Made by a program: the position numbers and the translations under genes
The notes under the pieces: generated by a model
Databases searched by the model: none
Told to the model about the DNA's origin: nothing
What the model saw: only the letters and a program-made list of their open reading frames with translations
Part shown: positions 1 through 8,047 of the stretch, piece by piece
How positions within the stretch are numbered: the stretch's first letter is position 1
How the letters are laid out: every line of letters starts with the position of its first letter
Assembly: GCA_021789695.1 (NCBI GenBank)
Contig: JAJYJH010000001.1
Span: forward strand, 325,346 to 389,345
Source of the DNA: a bacterium
Lineage (GTDB): Bacteria > Elusimicrobiota > Elusimicrobia > Elusimicrobiales > UBA9959
Length of the DNA stretch: 64,000 bases
Direction: 5' to 3'

Positions 1-312
1 GGCGCGCTAGCCGGCAAGGTAGGCGCGGCGATGTCGAGTTCCGCCACACAGCACGGCGGGCAGGAATCGACCATACTTTCCACCCATGTCACGCTGCTGC
101 ATCACGGCATGGTGATAGCCGGGCTTCCCTACACCTTCCAGGGACAGATGGGGGTCACGGAGCTAACCGGCTGCTCGCCGTACGGGGCCTCCACCATAGC
201 CGGCGGGCAGGGCGAGCGCATGCCGAGCGCCAACGAACTGGCAGGGGCGCGCTACCAGGGCCGCTACGCCGCGCTGCTGGCCGAGAGACTGGCCGGACTT
301 AAACTGTCCTGA
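1..312 (+). CDS. wrbA: NAD(P)H:quinone oxidoreductase WrbA (flavodoxin-like), C-terminal part; 5' end outside the window
   Basis: Frame 1 is open from base 1 to TGA 310-312. The translation [29 protein letters not shown]...[31 protein letters not shown] follows the conserved WrbA C-terminal block. Confidence 0.85.
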   Translation, partial: GALAGKVGAAMSSSATQHGGQESTILSTHVTLLHHGMVIAGLPYTFQGQMGVTELTGCSPYGASTIAGGQGERMPSANELAGARYQGRYAALLAERLAGLKLS

Positions 313-330
313 ACGCCTCCCGCGCCATGA

Positions 331-358
331 GAAAGCCCCCGGCCGGCCGGGGGCTTTC
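331..358. terminator. Bidirectional hairpin between convergent wrbA and the M3B peptidase gene
   Basis: Perfect 28-nt palindrome GAAAGCCCCCGGCC/GGCCGGGGGCTTTC, with an A-run and T-run built into the arms. Confidence 0.7.
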
Positions 359-379
359 CATTTGCGGCCGGGCTTCGGA

Positions 380-2200
380 TCAGGCCGCGGTTTTTAGTTC
401 CTCCAGCAGTTTCCTGTACCTGGCCAGCGGCTCGGCCAGTCCCTTGATAGCCGTCTCCCAGAACTCCGGTCGCCCGATGTTCTCCCCGAGGCTGCGGCGG
501 GCGACGCCCTCCGCCGTGTCCGAGCCCGAGAGGCGCAGGAAGGCTTCGTATTTCGGCAGGAAAGCCGGCCCCTCCGCCTTGAACTTGCGGAACAGCGTGG
601 CCGCCAGCAGGAAGCCGAAGGTGTACGGGTAGTTGTAGAACGAGACGTCGGCCATATAGAAGTGGAGTTTCGAGACCCAGAACAGCGGGTCCTCCCCTCC
701 GGGCTCCAGCGTGTCCCCGAAGATCCGCTTCTGCGACTGGGCCATCAGTTCCCGGAGCCGGGCGGCGGCGACCTCCCCCTTCTGTCGCTCCTCGTAGAAG
801 GCTTTTTCGAACTCGAAGCGGACCGTGATGTCCAGTATCGTCACGGCCGCGCCGGTCAGGTACTCGTCGAGCATAATCAGCTTCTGCGCCTCGGGGACCG
901 CGGGGTCGCCCTGTATACCCTCGGCCAGCAGGTGCTCGCCGAAGATCGAGGCGGTCTCGGCCAGCGTCATCGGGTACTCGGCGGACCAGGGACGCATCTC
1001 GCGCATCAGCTCTCCGTGCCAGGCGTGGCCCATCTCGTGGGCCAGCGTGGCAACGTCCCCCAGAGTGCCGTTGAAGGTCATGTAGACCCGGCCCTCGCCT
1101 ATCAGGTGGGAGCCTGTGCAGAAGGCGCCGGGGCGCTTGCCGCCGCGGGCCTCGCTCTCGAGACGCCCCTTAGCCGCGAAATCGCGGTAGAAGGCGCCGA
1201 GCGCCGGGTAGACGCGCCCGAAGGCCTCGGCCACTTTGGTCGAGCCCTCCTCCCAAGTATAGGTCCTGTTGTCCTTCAGCGGCAGCGGGGCTTCGCGCTC
1301 GAAGAAAGCTATCCCCTTGCGTCCCATCGCGGAAGCCTTGGTGCGCAGGATGTCGCGTGCCGGCTCCAGATTGCGGTTGACGGCCTCGTACATCGCGTCC
1401 AGAGTGGAGCGGTTTATACCGGCCGCGAAGAGCGACTGGTCCAGGAAATGCCTGACGCCGCGGCGCCTGTTTAGAGTCAGACGCGTGCCGGCCAGCGCGT
1501 TCAACGCGGCGGCGCAGGAGTCCTCTATGGTCGCCCAGGCCCTGTTGCCGCCCTCGAAAGCGGCGCGGCCGACAACGCGGTCGGGGTCCGACATCAGCGC
1601 GCGCCAGCGCGAGATAGGCAGCGTCTCGACGCGGCCGTCGGGCCATTTCATCTCGAAAGTCAGCTTGCTGGAGAGCTTGCTGTAGAGGCGGTCCCAGGAT
1701 TGGAAGCCGTCCACCGCCAGGTCCGCGGCCAGCTTCTCCTCCGCCGGGCTCATCGTGCGGCGGGCCTGCTCGCGCGTGCGCTTGAGAGCATAGGCTATGT
1801 CCTTGAGCCTGTCGCGCTTTAAGAAAGCGGCGAAGACCGTCTCCGGGACGTTCTTGAAGGCCCGCAGCAGGTCCACCGAGAACTTGGAATACTCGGCGGC
1901 CAGCAGCGAGAGCCTGGCCTCCTCGGCCGGGTACGCCTCGCTGTCGGCGTGCGCGGCGGAAAGGCAGCCGACGTAGGAGAAGACGTGGCCAAGGCGCATC
2001 CCGGCGTTCTCTGCGGCCAGTATCAGTTTCTCCCATTGGCCGGCGGTCTTAGCGGAAAGCGGCGCCAGCCCGGCGGCCTTCTTCTGCAGCGAAGAGATGT
2101 CGGCAGCCAGCTTCTTTTTGAAGGCGGCCATCTCCGGCCCGTTGAAGGCCGGGAAATAGCTCGTAAGGTCCCACTGCACTCCCTGATTTTTTTCGCTCAT
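380..2200 (-). CDS. pepF: M3B family oligoendopeptidase F-like zinc metallopeptidase
   Basis: 606-aa ORF with the HEMGH zinc motif (..LAHEMGHAWHGE..) and M3-type length. ATG at 2200-2198 is preceded by GGAGGA. Confidence 0.85.
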   Translation of the reverse strand: MSEKNQGVQWDLTSYFPAFNGPEMAAFKKKLAADISSLQKKAAGLAPLSAKTAGQWEKLILAAENAGMRLGHVFSYVGCLSAAHADSEAYPAEEARLSLLAAEYSKFSVDLLRAFKNVPETVFAAFLKRDRLKDIAYALKRTREQARRTMSPAEEKLAADLAVDGFQSWDRLYSKLSSKLTFEMKWPDGRVETLPISRWRALMSDPDRVVGRAAFEGGNRAWATIEDSCAAALNALAGTRLTLNRRRGVRHFLDQSLFAAGINRSTLDAMYEAVNRNLEPARDILRTKASAMGRKGIAFFEREAPLPLKDNRTYTWEEGSTKVAEAFGRVYPALGAFYRDFAAKGRLESEARGGKRPGAFCTGSHLIGEGRVYMTFNGTLGDVATLAHEMGHAWHGELMREMRPWSAEYPMTLAETASIFGEHLLAEGIQGDPAVPEAQKLIMLDEYLTGAAVTILDITVRFEFEKAFYEERQKGEVAAARLRELMAQSQKRIFGDTLEPGGEDPLFWVSKLHFYMADVSFYNYPYTFGFLLAATLFRKFKAEGPAFLPKYEAFLRLSGSDTAEGVARRSLGENIGRPEFWETAIKGLAEPLARYRKLLEELKTAA

Positions 2201-2302
2201 ATTTCCTCCTTATCCAGATTATACAAAGGAGGCCGGCGTCATTTCCCGGACGGTTCCCGGGTCATTTTTTTTGGTAAAATCATTGGACCGGAAGGAGGGA
2301 AT

Positions 2303-2965
2303 ATGTCTGAAGAGCTCATAGCTTTCACCAGCAATTACGCGGACAACAGCACCGAGGCTGGGTTCCAGTTCACGTTTTTCTGCGACACCTGTCGCGAAGG
2401 GTACAAAAGCCGGTTTGCGCCAGCCAGCACCTACAACAAGGGACGCTTCTTCAAGGGGCTGGGGGACGTGCTGAACGTGGTCTCGCAAGTCACCGGCGCC
2501 AACCTGGGCGGTCTGCAGAGCGGAGCGGAAGCCGTACACCAGCGCTTCGCCGGTATGTCCCCGGAATGGCACGCCGAACACGACAAGGCCTTCGAGACGG
2601 CCCAGGCCGAGGCCAAGGGCCATTTCAGGCGCTGCCCCAGGTGCAACAAGTGGCACTGCCCTTCGTGCTGGAACGAGCAGTCCGGTCTGTGCACCACCGA
2701 CGCCCCCAGGGAGAACGTGGAGGTAGCCGCTGCCCGTTCGCAGAAGATGGTGCAGGACATAGCGGCGGCTGCCGCCGGGACCGAGGTTTTCAAGGGAAAG
2801 ATAGATGAGCGGCAGACCCTCTGCCCTCAATGCGGCAAGCCCGCCGGCTCCGGCAAGTTCTGCCCGGCCTGCGGCGCCCCGCAGACCATGCCAAAGTGCC
2901 CGGCCTGCGGCGAGCAGAACCAGGCCGGTTCCAGGTTCTGTTCGGGGTGCGGCGGCAAGCTCTGA
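2303..2965 (+). CDS. Multi-zinc-ribbon protein of unknown function
   Basis: I trimmed the 1949 ORF to ATG 2303, which is preceded by GGAAGGAGGG. Cys pairs occur at FFCDTCREG, RRCPRCNKWHCPSCW and a C-terminal double zinc ribbon CPQCG..FCPACG..CPACG..FCSGCG. Confidence 0.7.
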   Translation: MSEELIAFTSNYADNSTEAGFQFTFFCDTCREGYKSRFAPASTYNKGRFFKGLGDVLNVVSQVTGANLGGLQSGAEAVHQRFAGMSPEWHAEHDKAFETAQAEAKGHFRRCPRCNKWHCPSCWNEQSGLCTTDAPRENVEVAAARSQKMVQDIAAAAAGTEVFKGKIDERQTLCPQCGKPAGSGKFCPACGAPQTMPKCPACGEQNQAGSRFCSGCGGKL

Positions 2966-3486
2966 TGGGCTGGTACGCAGCGCTGGCACAGGCCCATCCT
3001 ATAACTTCGGCGATGGCGCAGTTCGCCGTGCTCGGGACGCTGGGCGAGGCGGCCGCCAAGTGGATCCGGGCGCGCCGGCTGTACGCGCCATTCGGCCTTA
3101 GAACGGCGGCGCTCAAGGCGCTGGCCTGGATGGCGCTGGCCGTCTGCATCAAATACGCTTTCACCGGGTTCGTCGCCTTCGTGGAGGGGCTGAGCGCGCA
3201 CGGTCTCCTGCCGCGGCTGGGGCCCTTCGGCGAAGCCTTCGCCGTTTCACTGGCCACCAACCTGCAGTTCGGCCCGTTCCTGGTGATCACCCACCGTCTT
3301 ATGGATAACGCCATTGAGGGCAGGTCCAGCTGGGGCGGCCTGGACAAGGCGCTCCTCTCGCTGCTCTGGTTCTGGGTGCCGGCGCACACGGTCACGTTCA
3401 TGCTGCCGGCTGACTTCCGCGTGGGCCTGGCGGCCGTCTGGTCGCTGGCGCTGGGGCTCATACTGGGCTTCTTCAACAGGAGATAG
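2965..3486 (+). CDS. Small polytopic membrane protein, possibly Mpv17/PMP22-like
   Basis: ATG 2965 overlaps the upstream TGA (TGATG). The protein is hydrophobic with about 4 predicted helices. The tail WFWVPAHTVTFMLPADFRVGLAAVWSLALG resembles the Mpv17/PMP22 signature by eye only. Confidence 0.55.
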   Translation: MGWYAALAQAHPITSAMAQFAVLGTLGEAAAKWIRARRLYAPFGLRTAALKALAWMALAVCIKYAFTGFVAFVEGLSAHGLLPRLGPFGEAFAVSLATNLQFGPFLVITHRLMDNAIEGRSSWGGLDKALLSLLWFWVPAHTVTFMLPADFRVGLAAVWSLALGLILGFFNRR

Positions 3487-3545
3487 CGCGGCCCGCGCCG
3501 CGCCTGGGGCCGCCTCGTTCCGGGCGGCTTTTTGCTTTCGGAAGG

Positions 3546-5111
3546 TCACTCTGCCAGGTGCAGTTCGGCCTGGGTCTTTATGTGTCGGCTGCCCTTGAAG
3601 AGGGCTATAAGCGGAATGACGACCAGCGCCGCGTAGCCCAGCCACCTGAAGCAGTCTAGAAACGAGAGCATCGTGGACTGGACCAGGATTCCCCTGTAGG
3701 CAAGACCGAAAGTGGCCGCCGGATTATGGAACAGCGTCCCTATCCGCTCCGCCCAGAACTGGAACTGCTGGCCGTAGGGATTGATGTGCGAGACCAGCAC
3801 GTTCTGGTGCACCTGAGCCATGCGGGCCTGCATCGTGAACATCAGCGAGATGCCGACGCTGGCGCCGATGTTGCGCAGCAGGCTGAAGATCCCGCTGGCC
3901 TGCTGTATGTCCGACTGCGGGATGTTGGCCATAGTCAGCGTGGTCAGAGGCACGAACGTGAAACCCATGACCAAGCCGTTGAAGAAGAGCGGCCAGGTGA
4001 TGTTGGTCTCGGCTATATTCAGGTTATAACCCGCGAAGATGAACATGGTCACGCCCAGTCCCAGGAAGCCAAAAAGTATCATCAGACGGTTGCCGAACTT
4101 GGAGACCATCCTGCTGATGATGATCATAGAAAGCATGGAGCCTATACCGCGCGGCATCATGGCCATGCCGCTCTGGAAGGCCGGGTAGCCGAGCAGCGTC
4201 TGCATGAAGATGGGCATCATCGCCGTGGACCCCATCATGACGGCGCCTTGCATCGCCATCAGTGCGGTTCCGGTGGAAAGGTTGCGGTGCTTGAGCAGGC
4301 GCAGGTTCATGAACGGATGCTTGTGGGTCAGCTCCCACCAGGCAAAGAGCGGGAAGCCCAACGAGAAGATGATGGTCCCGATGCGGATCCAGTTATCGGC
4401 GAACCAGTCCACGTCCTGCCCTTTGTCTATGACCAGCTGGAAGGCCGCAAGACTTACGGCCATCAGCGCCAGGCCTATATAGTCGATCCTGGAGACGTGC
4501 TGGCGCTTGAGGTAAGGCGGGTCCTCCAGGAACATCTCCTGCATCAGCAGGCCGAATATGCCGATGGGGACGTTGATATAGAAGATCCAGCGCCAGGAAT
4601 AGTTGTCGGTTATCCAGCCCCCCAATATCGGGCCGATGATCGGAGCGACGATGATGCCCATGCCGTAGAAGGCCATGGACTGGCTGCGCTTCTCCTGCGG
4701 GAAGCTCTCCAGCAGCACCGCCTGCGCCAGCGGCTGCAGGCCGCCGCCGCCTATGCCCTGCAGAATGCGGGCCATAATCAGCTGCGGCAGGCTCTGCGCC
4801 ATGCCGCACAGCGCGGAGGAGACGGTGAACAGAGCCACGGAAATGGCCAGGTAGCGCTTGCGGCCTACCACAGAACTGATCCAGCTGGAGGCGGCCAGCA
4901 CTATCGCGCTGGCGACGATGTAGCTGGTGAGTACCCAGGAGACCTCGTGCGTGGAGGCCGAGAGTCCGCCGGCGATATGCGGCAGCGAAACGTTGGCCAC
5001 CGAGGTGTCTAGCACCTGCATGAAGGTGGCCAGCAGCACTGAGAAGCTGACCAGCCACGGGGAGTGGCTGGGCTTCCAGTACTCCTGTTGCGCCGCGCCC
5101 GCCGCGCTCAT
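3546..5111 (-). CDS. emrB: MFS drug efflux transporter, DHA2 (EmrB/QacA) family
   Basis: 521-aa polytopic ORF with an EmrB-like N-terminus (LATFMQVLDTSVANVSLPHIAGGL). The ATGA start overlaps the upstream HlyD gene. Confidence 0.9.
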   Translation of the reverse strand: MSAAGAAQQEYWKPSHSPWLVSFSVLLATFMQVLDTSVANVSLPHIAGGLSASTHEVSWVLTSYIVASAIVLAASSWISSVVGRKRYLAISVALFTVSSALCGMAQSLPQLIMARILQGIGGGGLQPLAQAVLLESFPQEKRSQSMAFYGMGIIVAPIIGPILGGWITDNYSWRWIFYINVPIGIFGLLMQEMFLEDPPYLKRQHVSRIDYIGLALMAVSLAAFQLVIDKGQDVDWFADNWIRIGTIIFSLGFPLFAWWELTHKHPFMNLRLLKHRNLSTGTALMAMQGAVMMGSTAMMPIFMQTLLGYPAFQSGMAMMPRGIGSMLSMIIISRMVSKFGNRLMILFGFLGLGVTMFIFAGYNLNIAETNITWPLFFNGLVMGFTFVPLTTLTMANIPQSDIQQASGIFSLLRNIGASVGISLMFTMQARMAQVHQNVLVSHINPYGQQFQFWAERIGTLFHNPAATFGLAYRGILVQSTMLSFLDCFRWLGYAALVVIPLIALFKGSRHIKTQAELHLAE

Positions 5112-5983
5112 TTGAGGTACACGGTGGGCTCTGCCGACATTCCGGGCGCCAGCATGTACTTCGCTATCGGCTCGTCGAAGACTATCTTGACCGGCACGCG
5201 CTGCACGACCTTGACGAAGTTGCCGGTGGCGTTCTCGGGCGGCAGCAGGCTGAAGCGGGCGCCGGTGCCGGACTGGATGCTGTCCACGTGGGCCTTGAAC
5301 TCGTGGCCCGGGAAGGCGTCCACCTCCACCGTAACCTTCTGGCCGGGGCGCATACGGGTCAGCTGCGTCTCCTTGAAGTTGGCCACCACCCAGACGTCGT
5401 CGGTGACTATCGCCATCAGCGGCTGGCCTACCTGCACATAAGCGCGCAGCTCGGCGCTCTTCTTCGTGACCTTGCCCGCCTCGGGCGCCCGGATGTCCGT
5501 GTAGGACAGGTCCAGCTCCGCCGCGTCCACCTGCTTTTTCGCCAGTTCGGCGCGAGCCTTCATAACGTCGGCGTCGGCCACGGACTTGTCATAGACCTGC
5601 TTGGAGATGTTGTCCTTGTCGAAAAGCTGCTTGGCGCGCGCAGCGTCGGCCGAGGCGCGCTCGGATTCGGCCCTGGCGGCGTCTAGTTCGGCCCTGGCCT
5701 GGTCCAGTCTCACCTGGTAGTCGCGCGGGTCTATGCGGGCCAGCAACTGGCCCTTCTGCGCGTGCTGGTTATCGTCGACGTCCACCTCCAGGATCTGGCC
5801 GGCGACCCGCGAGCTGACCGGCAGTATGTGGGACTCTATCTCCGCGTCGTCGGTGCTCTCGCGGGAGGAGGAGAGCGTCCAGTAATAGGCGCCCGCGGCC
5901 AGAATCACCGCGGCCGCCGCGGCTATCAGGCCCCAATGTGGCGCCTTCCGGCGGGCTTTCTGAACGGGAATGTTTTCGGTCAT
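5108..5983 (-). CDS. emrA: HlyD/EmrA-type membrane fusion (periplasmic adaptor) protein
   Basis: Single N-terminal TM segment, then STDDAEIESHILPVSSRVAGQILEVDVDDNQHAQKGQLLARIDPRDYQ, the typical EmrA lipoyl/coiled-coil start. Confidence 0.85.
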   Translation of the reverse strand: MTENIPVQKARRKAPHWGLIAAAAAVILAAGAYYWTLSSSRESTDDAEIESHILPVSSRVAGQILEVDVDDNQHAQKGQLLARIDPRDYQVRLDQARAELDAARAESERASADAARAKQLFDKDNISKQVYDKSVADADVMKARAELAKKQVDAAELDLSYTDIRAPEAGKVTKKSAELRAYVQVGQPLMAIVTDDVWVVANFKETQLTRMRPGQKVTVEVDAFPGHEFKAHVDSIQSGTGARFSLLPPENATGNFVKVVQRVPVKIVFDEPIAKYMLAPGMSAEPTVYLK

Positions 5984-6013
5984 GTTTTTATCCTCGCAAG
6001 TCGGCTGCCATCG

Positions 6014-7321
6014 TCAGAACTTCAGCTGCTGCATACGGCCAAGGGCGAGAGTGAGCCTTATATTCGCCTCCTTGGCGCGCGAAAGCGCGTCCACCAGGTT
6101 GTCCCTGGCGGTGGAGAGAGAGGTCTGCGCCGCCACCAGCTCTATGTTGTCCCCCGCCCCGGCCGCGAAGCGGTTGCGAGCCATCTCCAGCTCCTGCTCG
6201 GCCATCGTGACCGTCATCGAGGCGGTGGTCACGTCGTCAGCAGAGGCTTCCAGGCGGCGGAGCGCCGAAAGAGTGTCCTGCTGCACCTGCACGGAAGCGT
6301 CGTTGAGCAGGCTCTGAGCGCGGCTCTCGGCGGCCATGGAGGCGTCCACCCCCGCGGAGACCCTGCCTCCCTCGAACAGAGGCACCCTCAGGCCCACGCC
6401 CAGGTCGCCGACCAGCCTGTCATAGCTTTTAGGAGTGCTGCCGCTGAAAGCGGCGCTGCCGGAGAGGTCCAGGGAAGGCAGCCGGCCGTACCTGGCGCCC
6501 TTGAGCGCGTGCTCTGAGGCGGAAAAGGAGGCGCGGGCGATGCGGATTTCCAGTCTGGAGGACATCGCGTCCCTGACGGCGCTCTCCCTGGAAGGAAGAT
6601 CGGACGGGACGTAGGCCAGTTTCTCGGTAAGCTCCAGGTTCCCGGAGAGGGGCAGGCCCAGCAGGTGCCTGAGCCGCAGCGAGGCATCCTCCACTTCCGT
6701 TTTGGCGCGACTGACGCGCAGGGTCTCCTCCGCCTCGAAGGTGCGGGCGCGCAGCACGTCCAGGCCGGTGGCCGTGCCGGCGGCCAGCTTATCCTCGGCC
6801 AGACGCCGGAGGCTGGCGGCCAAATCTCGCCCGGAAACGGCGGAGCTGACGGCCGCGCTGGAGCGCAGGACGTCCAGGTAGGCCAGGGCCGCCGCGGCGG
6901 ACACCTGCTGGGCGGCCAGCTCCTCCTGAAGGGAGGCGGCCAGCTCCTCGTCCGTCTTGGAGCGCGCCAGCTGGGCGGCGGGCAGGTTAAGCAGGGCCTG
7001 CACCAGGCTCAGGCGCGCGTCGAAGGTGCTGAACGGGCCCGTCATGTACGCGCCGCCGCCCGGAGCCTCGCCGAAGCCCATGGCCGTGGCGTTCTCGTTG
7101 AAGGTGCGGGTCTGTGAAATGGAGAAGACCACCTGCGGCAGCAGGCTGGAGGCTGACGCCAGCGCCGCGGCCTTGCCGGCCTCGCTGCCGGAGCGGGCCA
7201 GTTTCATGTAGAGATTGTTTTGCAACGCCAGGCTGACGGCACGCGTTATGCTCAGGCTATCCGCGGCGGAGGCCGCGGCCGGCAGCAGGCAGAGAGTTAT
7301 CAGGAGTTTCAAGGTTTTCAT
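6014..7321 (-). CDS. TolC-family outer membrane efflux channel
   Basis: Signal peptide, two OEP-type repeats and coiled-coil Ala/Leu-rich sequence. It lies between marR and emrA. Confidence 0.85.
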   Translation of the reverse strand: MKTLKLLITLCLLPAAASAADSLSITRAVSLALQNNLYMKLARSGSEAGKAAALASASSLLPQVVFSISQTRTFNENATAMGFGEAPGGGAYMTGPFSTFDARLSLVQALLNLPAAQLARSKTDEELAASLQEELAAQQVSAAAALAYLDVLRSSAAVSSAVSGRDLAASLRRLAEDKLAAGTATGLDVLRARTFEAEETLRVSRAKTEVEDASLRLRHLLGLPLSGNLELTEKLAYVPSDLPSRESAVRDAMSSRLEIRIARASFSASEHALKGARYGRLPSLDLSGSAAFSGSTPKSYDRLVGDLGVGLRVPLFEGGRVSAGVDASMAAESRAQSLLNDASVQVQQDTLSALRRLEASADDVTTASMTVTMAEQELEMARNRFAAGAGDNIELVAAQTSLSTARDNLVDALSRAKEANIRLTLALGRMQQLKF

Positions 7322-7325
7322 ATCT

Positions 7326-7859
7326 TTATGTTTTCTTAAAGGCCGGGAGGTTGGCGCCGAGCCGGCCCAGCATGGCCGCGAACCGGGTTTTCTCCCCGGA
7401 GGAGAAGCCGGACATCAGTCTGGACACAGCGCGCAGCCTGTCCGGGGCTATGGAGTCAATCAGACGCTTTCCCCTGGAGGTGAGCGCCACCATAATGGAG
7501 CGCCGGTCGGAGGGGCAGGGAAGCCGCCTCGCCAGCCCGTCCTTCTCCACCCCGTCGACGAGGCCTGTGATGGTGGCCCGCTCCACGCCGAGCGCCTCGG
7601 CCAGGTCCATCGGATGCAGCCCGCCGGCGCCGGCCCGCCTCAGGTGCAGCAGCAGGCGGAAGCGGGCCTGCGTCACCCCCCTGCGGGCCAGGGCGGCGTT
7701 AACCGCGGTCACGATTTCGGAGGCCAGACCCAGCAGGGCGCCGTAGACCTCCATCGCCGGCACGTCCGCCTCGGGATAGAGCGCGGCCAGCGCGGCGAGG
7801 TTGCTGCCGCGTGGCAGGTTCTTCAGGAGAAGCTTCTTGTTTACGGCCTCGCACTTCAT
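7326..7859 (-). CDS. MarR family transcriptional regulator
   Basis: 177 aa with winged-helix core GVTQARFRLLLHLRRAG..GLHPMDLAEALGVERATITGLVDGVEKDGLARR. It is the first gene of the efflux operon. Confidence 0.85.
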   Translation of the reverse strand: MKCEAVNKKLLLKNLPRGSNLAALAALYPEADVPAMEVYGALLGLASEIVTAVNAALARRGVTQARFRLLLHLRRAGAGGLHPMDLAEALGVERATITGLVDGVEKDGLARRLPCPSDRRSIMVALTSRGKRLIDSIAPDRLRAVSRLMSGFSSGEKTRFAAMLGRLGANLPAFKKT

Positions 7860-7864
7860 AATTA

Positions 7865-7893
7865 GTTAGGTACCATATTATATGTTTTCTAAC
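7865..7893. promoter_or_regulatory. Nested palindrome overlapping the marR -10 box (candidate MarR operator)
   Basis: GTTAG(7865-69)...CTAAC(7889-93) encloses CATAT-T-ATATG (7874-7884). The minus-strand TATAAT (7882-7877) lies 17 nt upstream of marR ATG 7859. Confidence 0.5.
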
Positions 7894-8047
7894 CAGCCGG
7901 GTCAAGGGCCGCGGCGGTTGCAAAAGCTCTCAGGCTTTTTTAAAATATCTCGACAGAACAGGCGGCCTTAGCGGGCGCGGCCGGGCTCTATGAGCAGCGG
8001 GAGACCGCAGGACTATCCCCCCGGAAGGGGACGACAGCGGAGATACC

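Noticed and set aside
1949-2302. Long 5' extensions of track ORFs (this one, plus 10417-10668, 22372-22521, 31865-32302, 33799-34224, 58602-58661 and 62525-62581)
   Set aside because: The extensions overlap upstream genes or intergenic hairpins, are Arg/Gly/Pro-rich, and are followed by internal starts with an SD and/or signal peptide matching family N-termini.
3726-5012. 428-aa plus-strand ORF; similar cases occur at 11861-13003, 17289-18329, 62780-63838 and 57384-58298
   Set aside because: All are antisense shadows of well-supported genes (emrB, rhlE, amtB, tgt, yebC).
7894-8047. Possible Mg2+ (M-box) leader upstream of the P-type ATPase
   Set aside because: The candidate leader is only about 95 nt after the TAAAAT box, too short for an M-box. 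I saw no M-box-like conserved segments.
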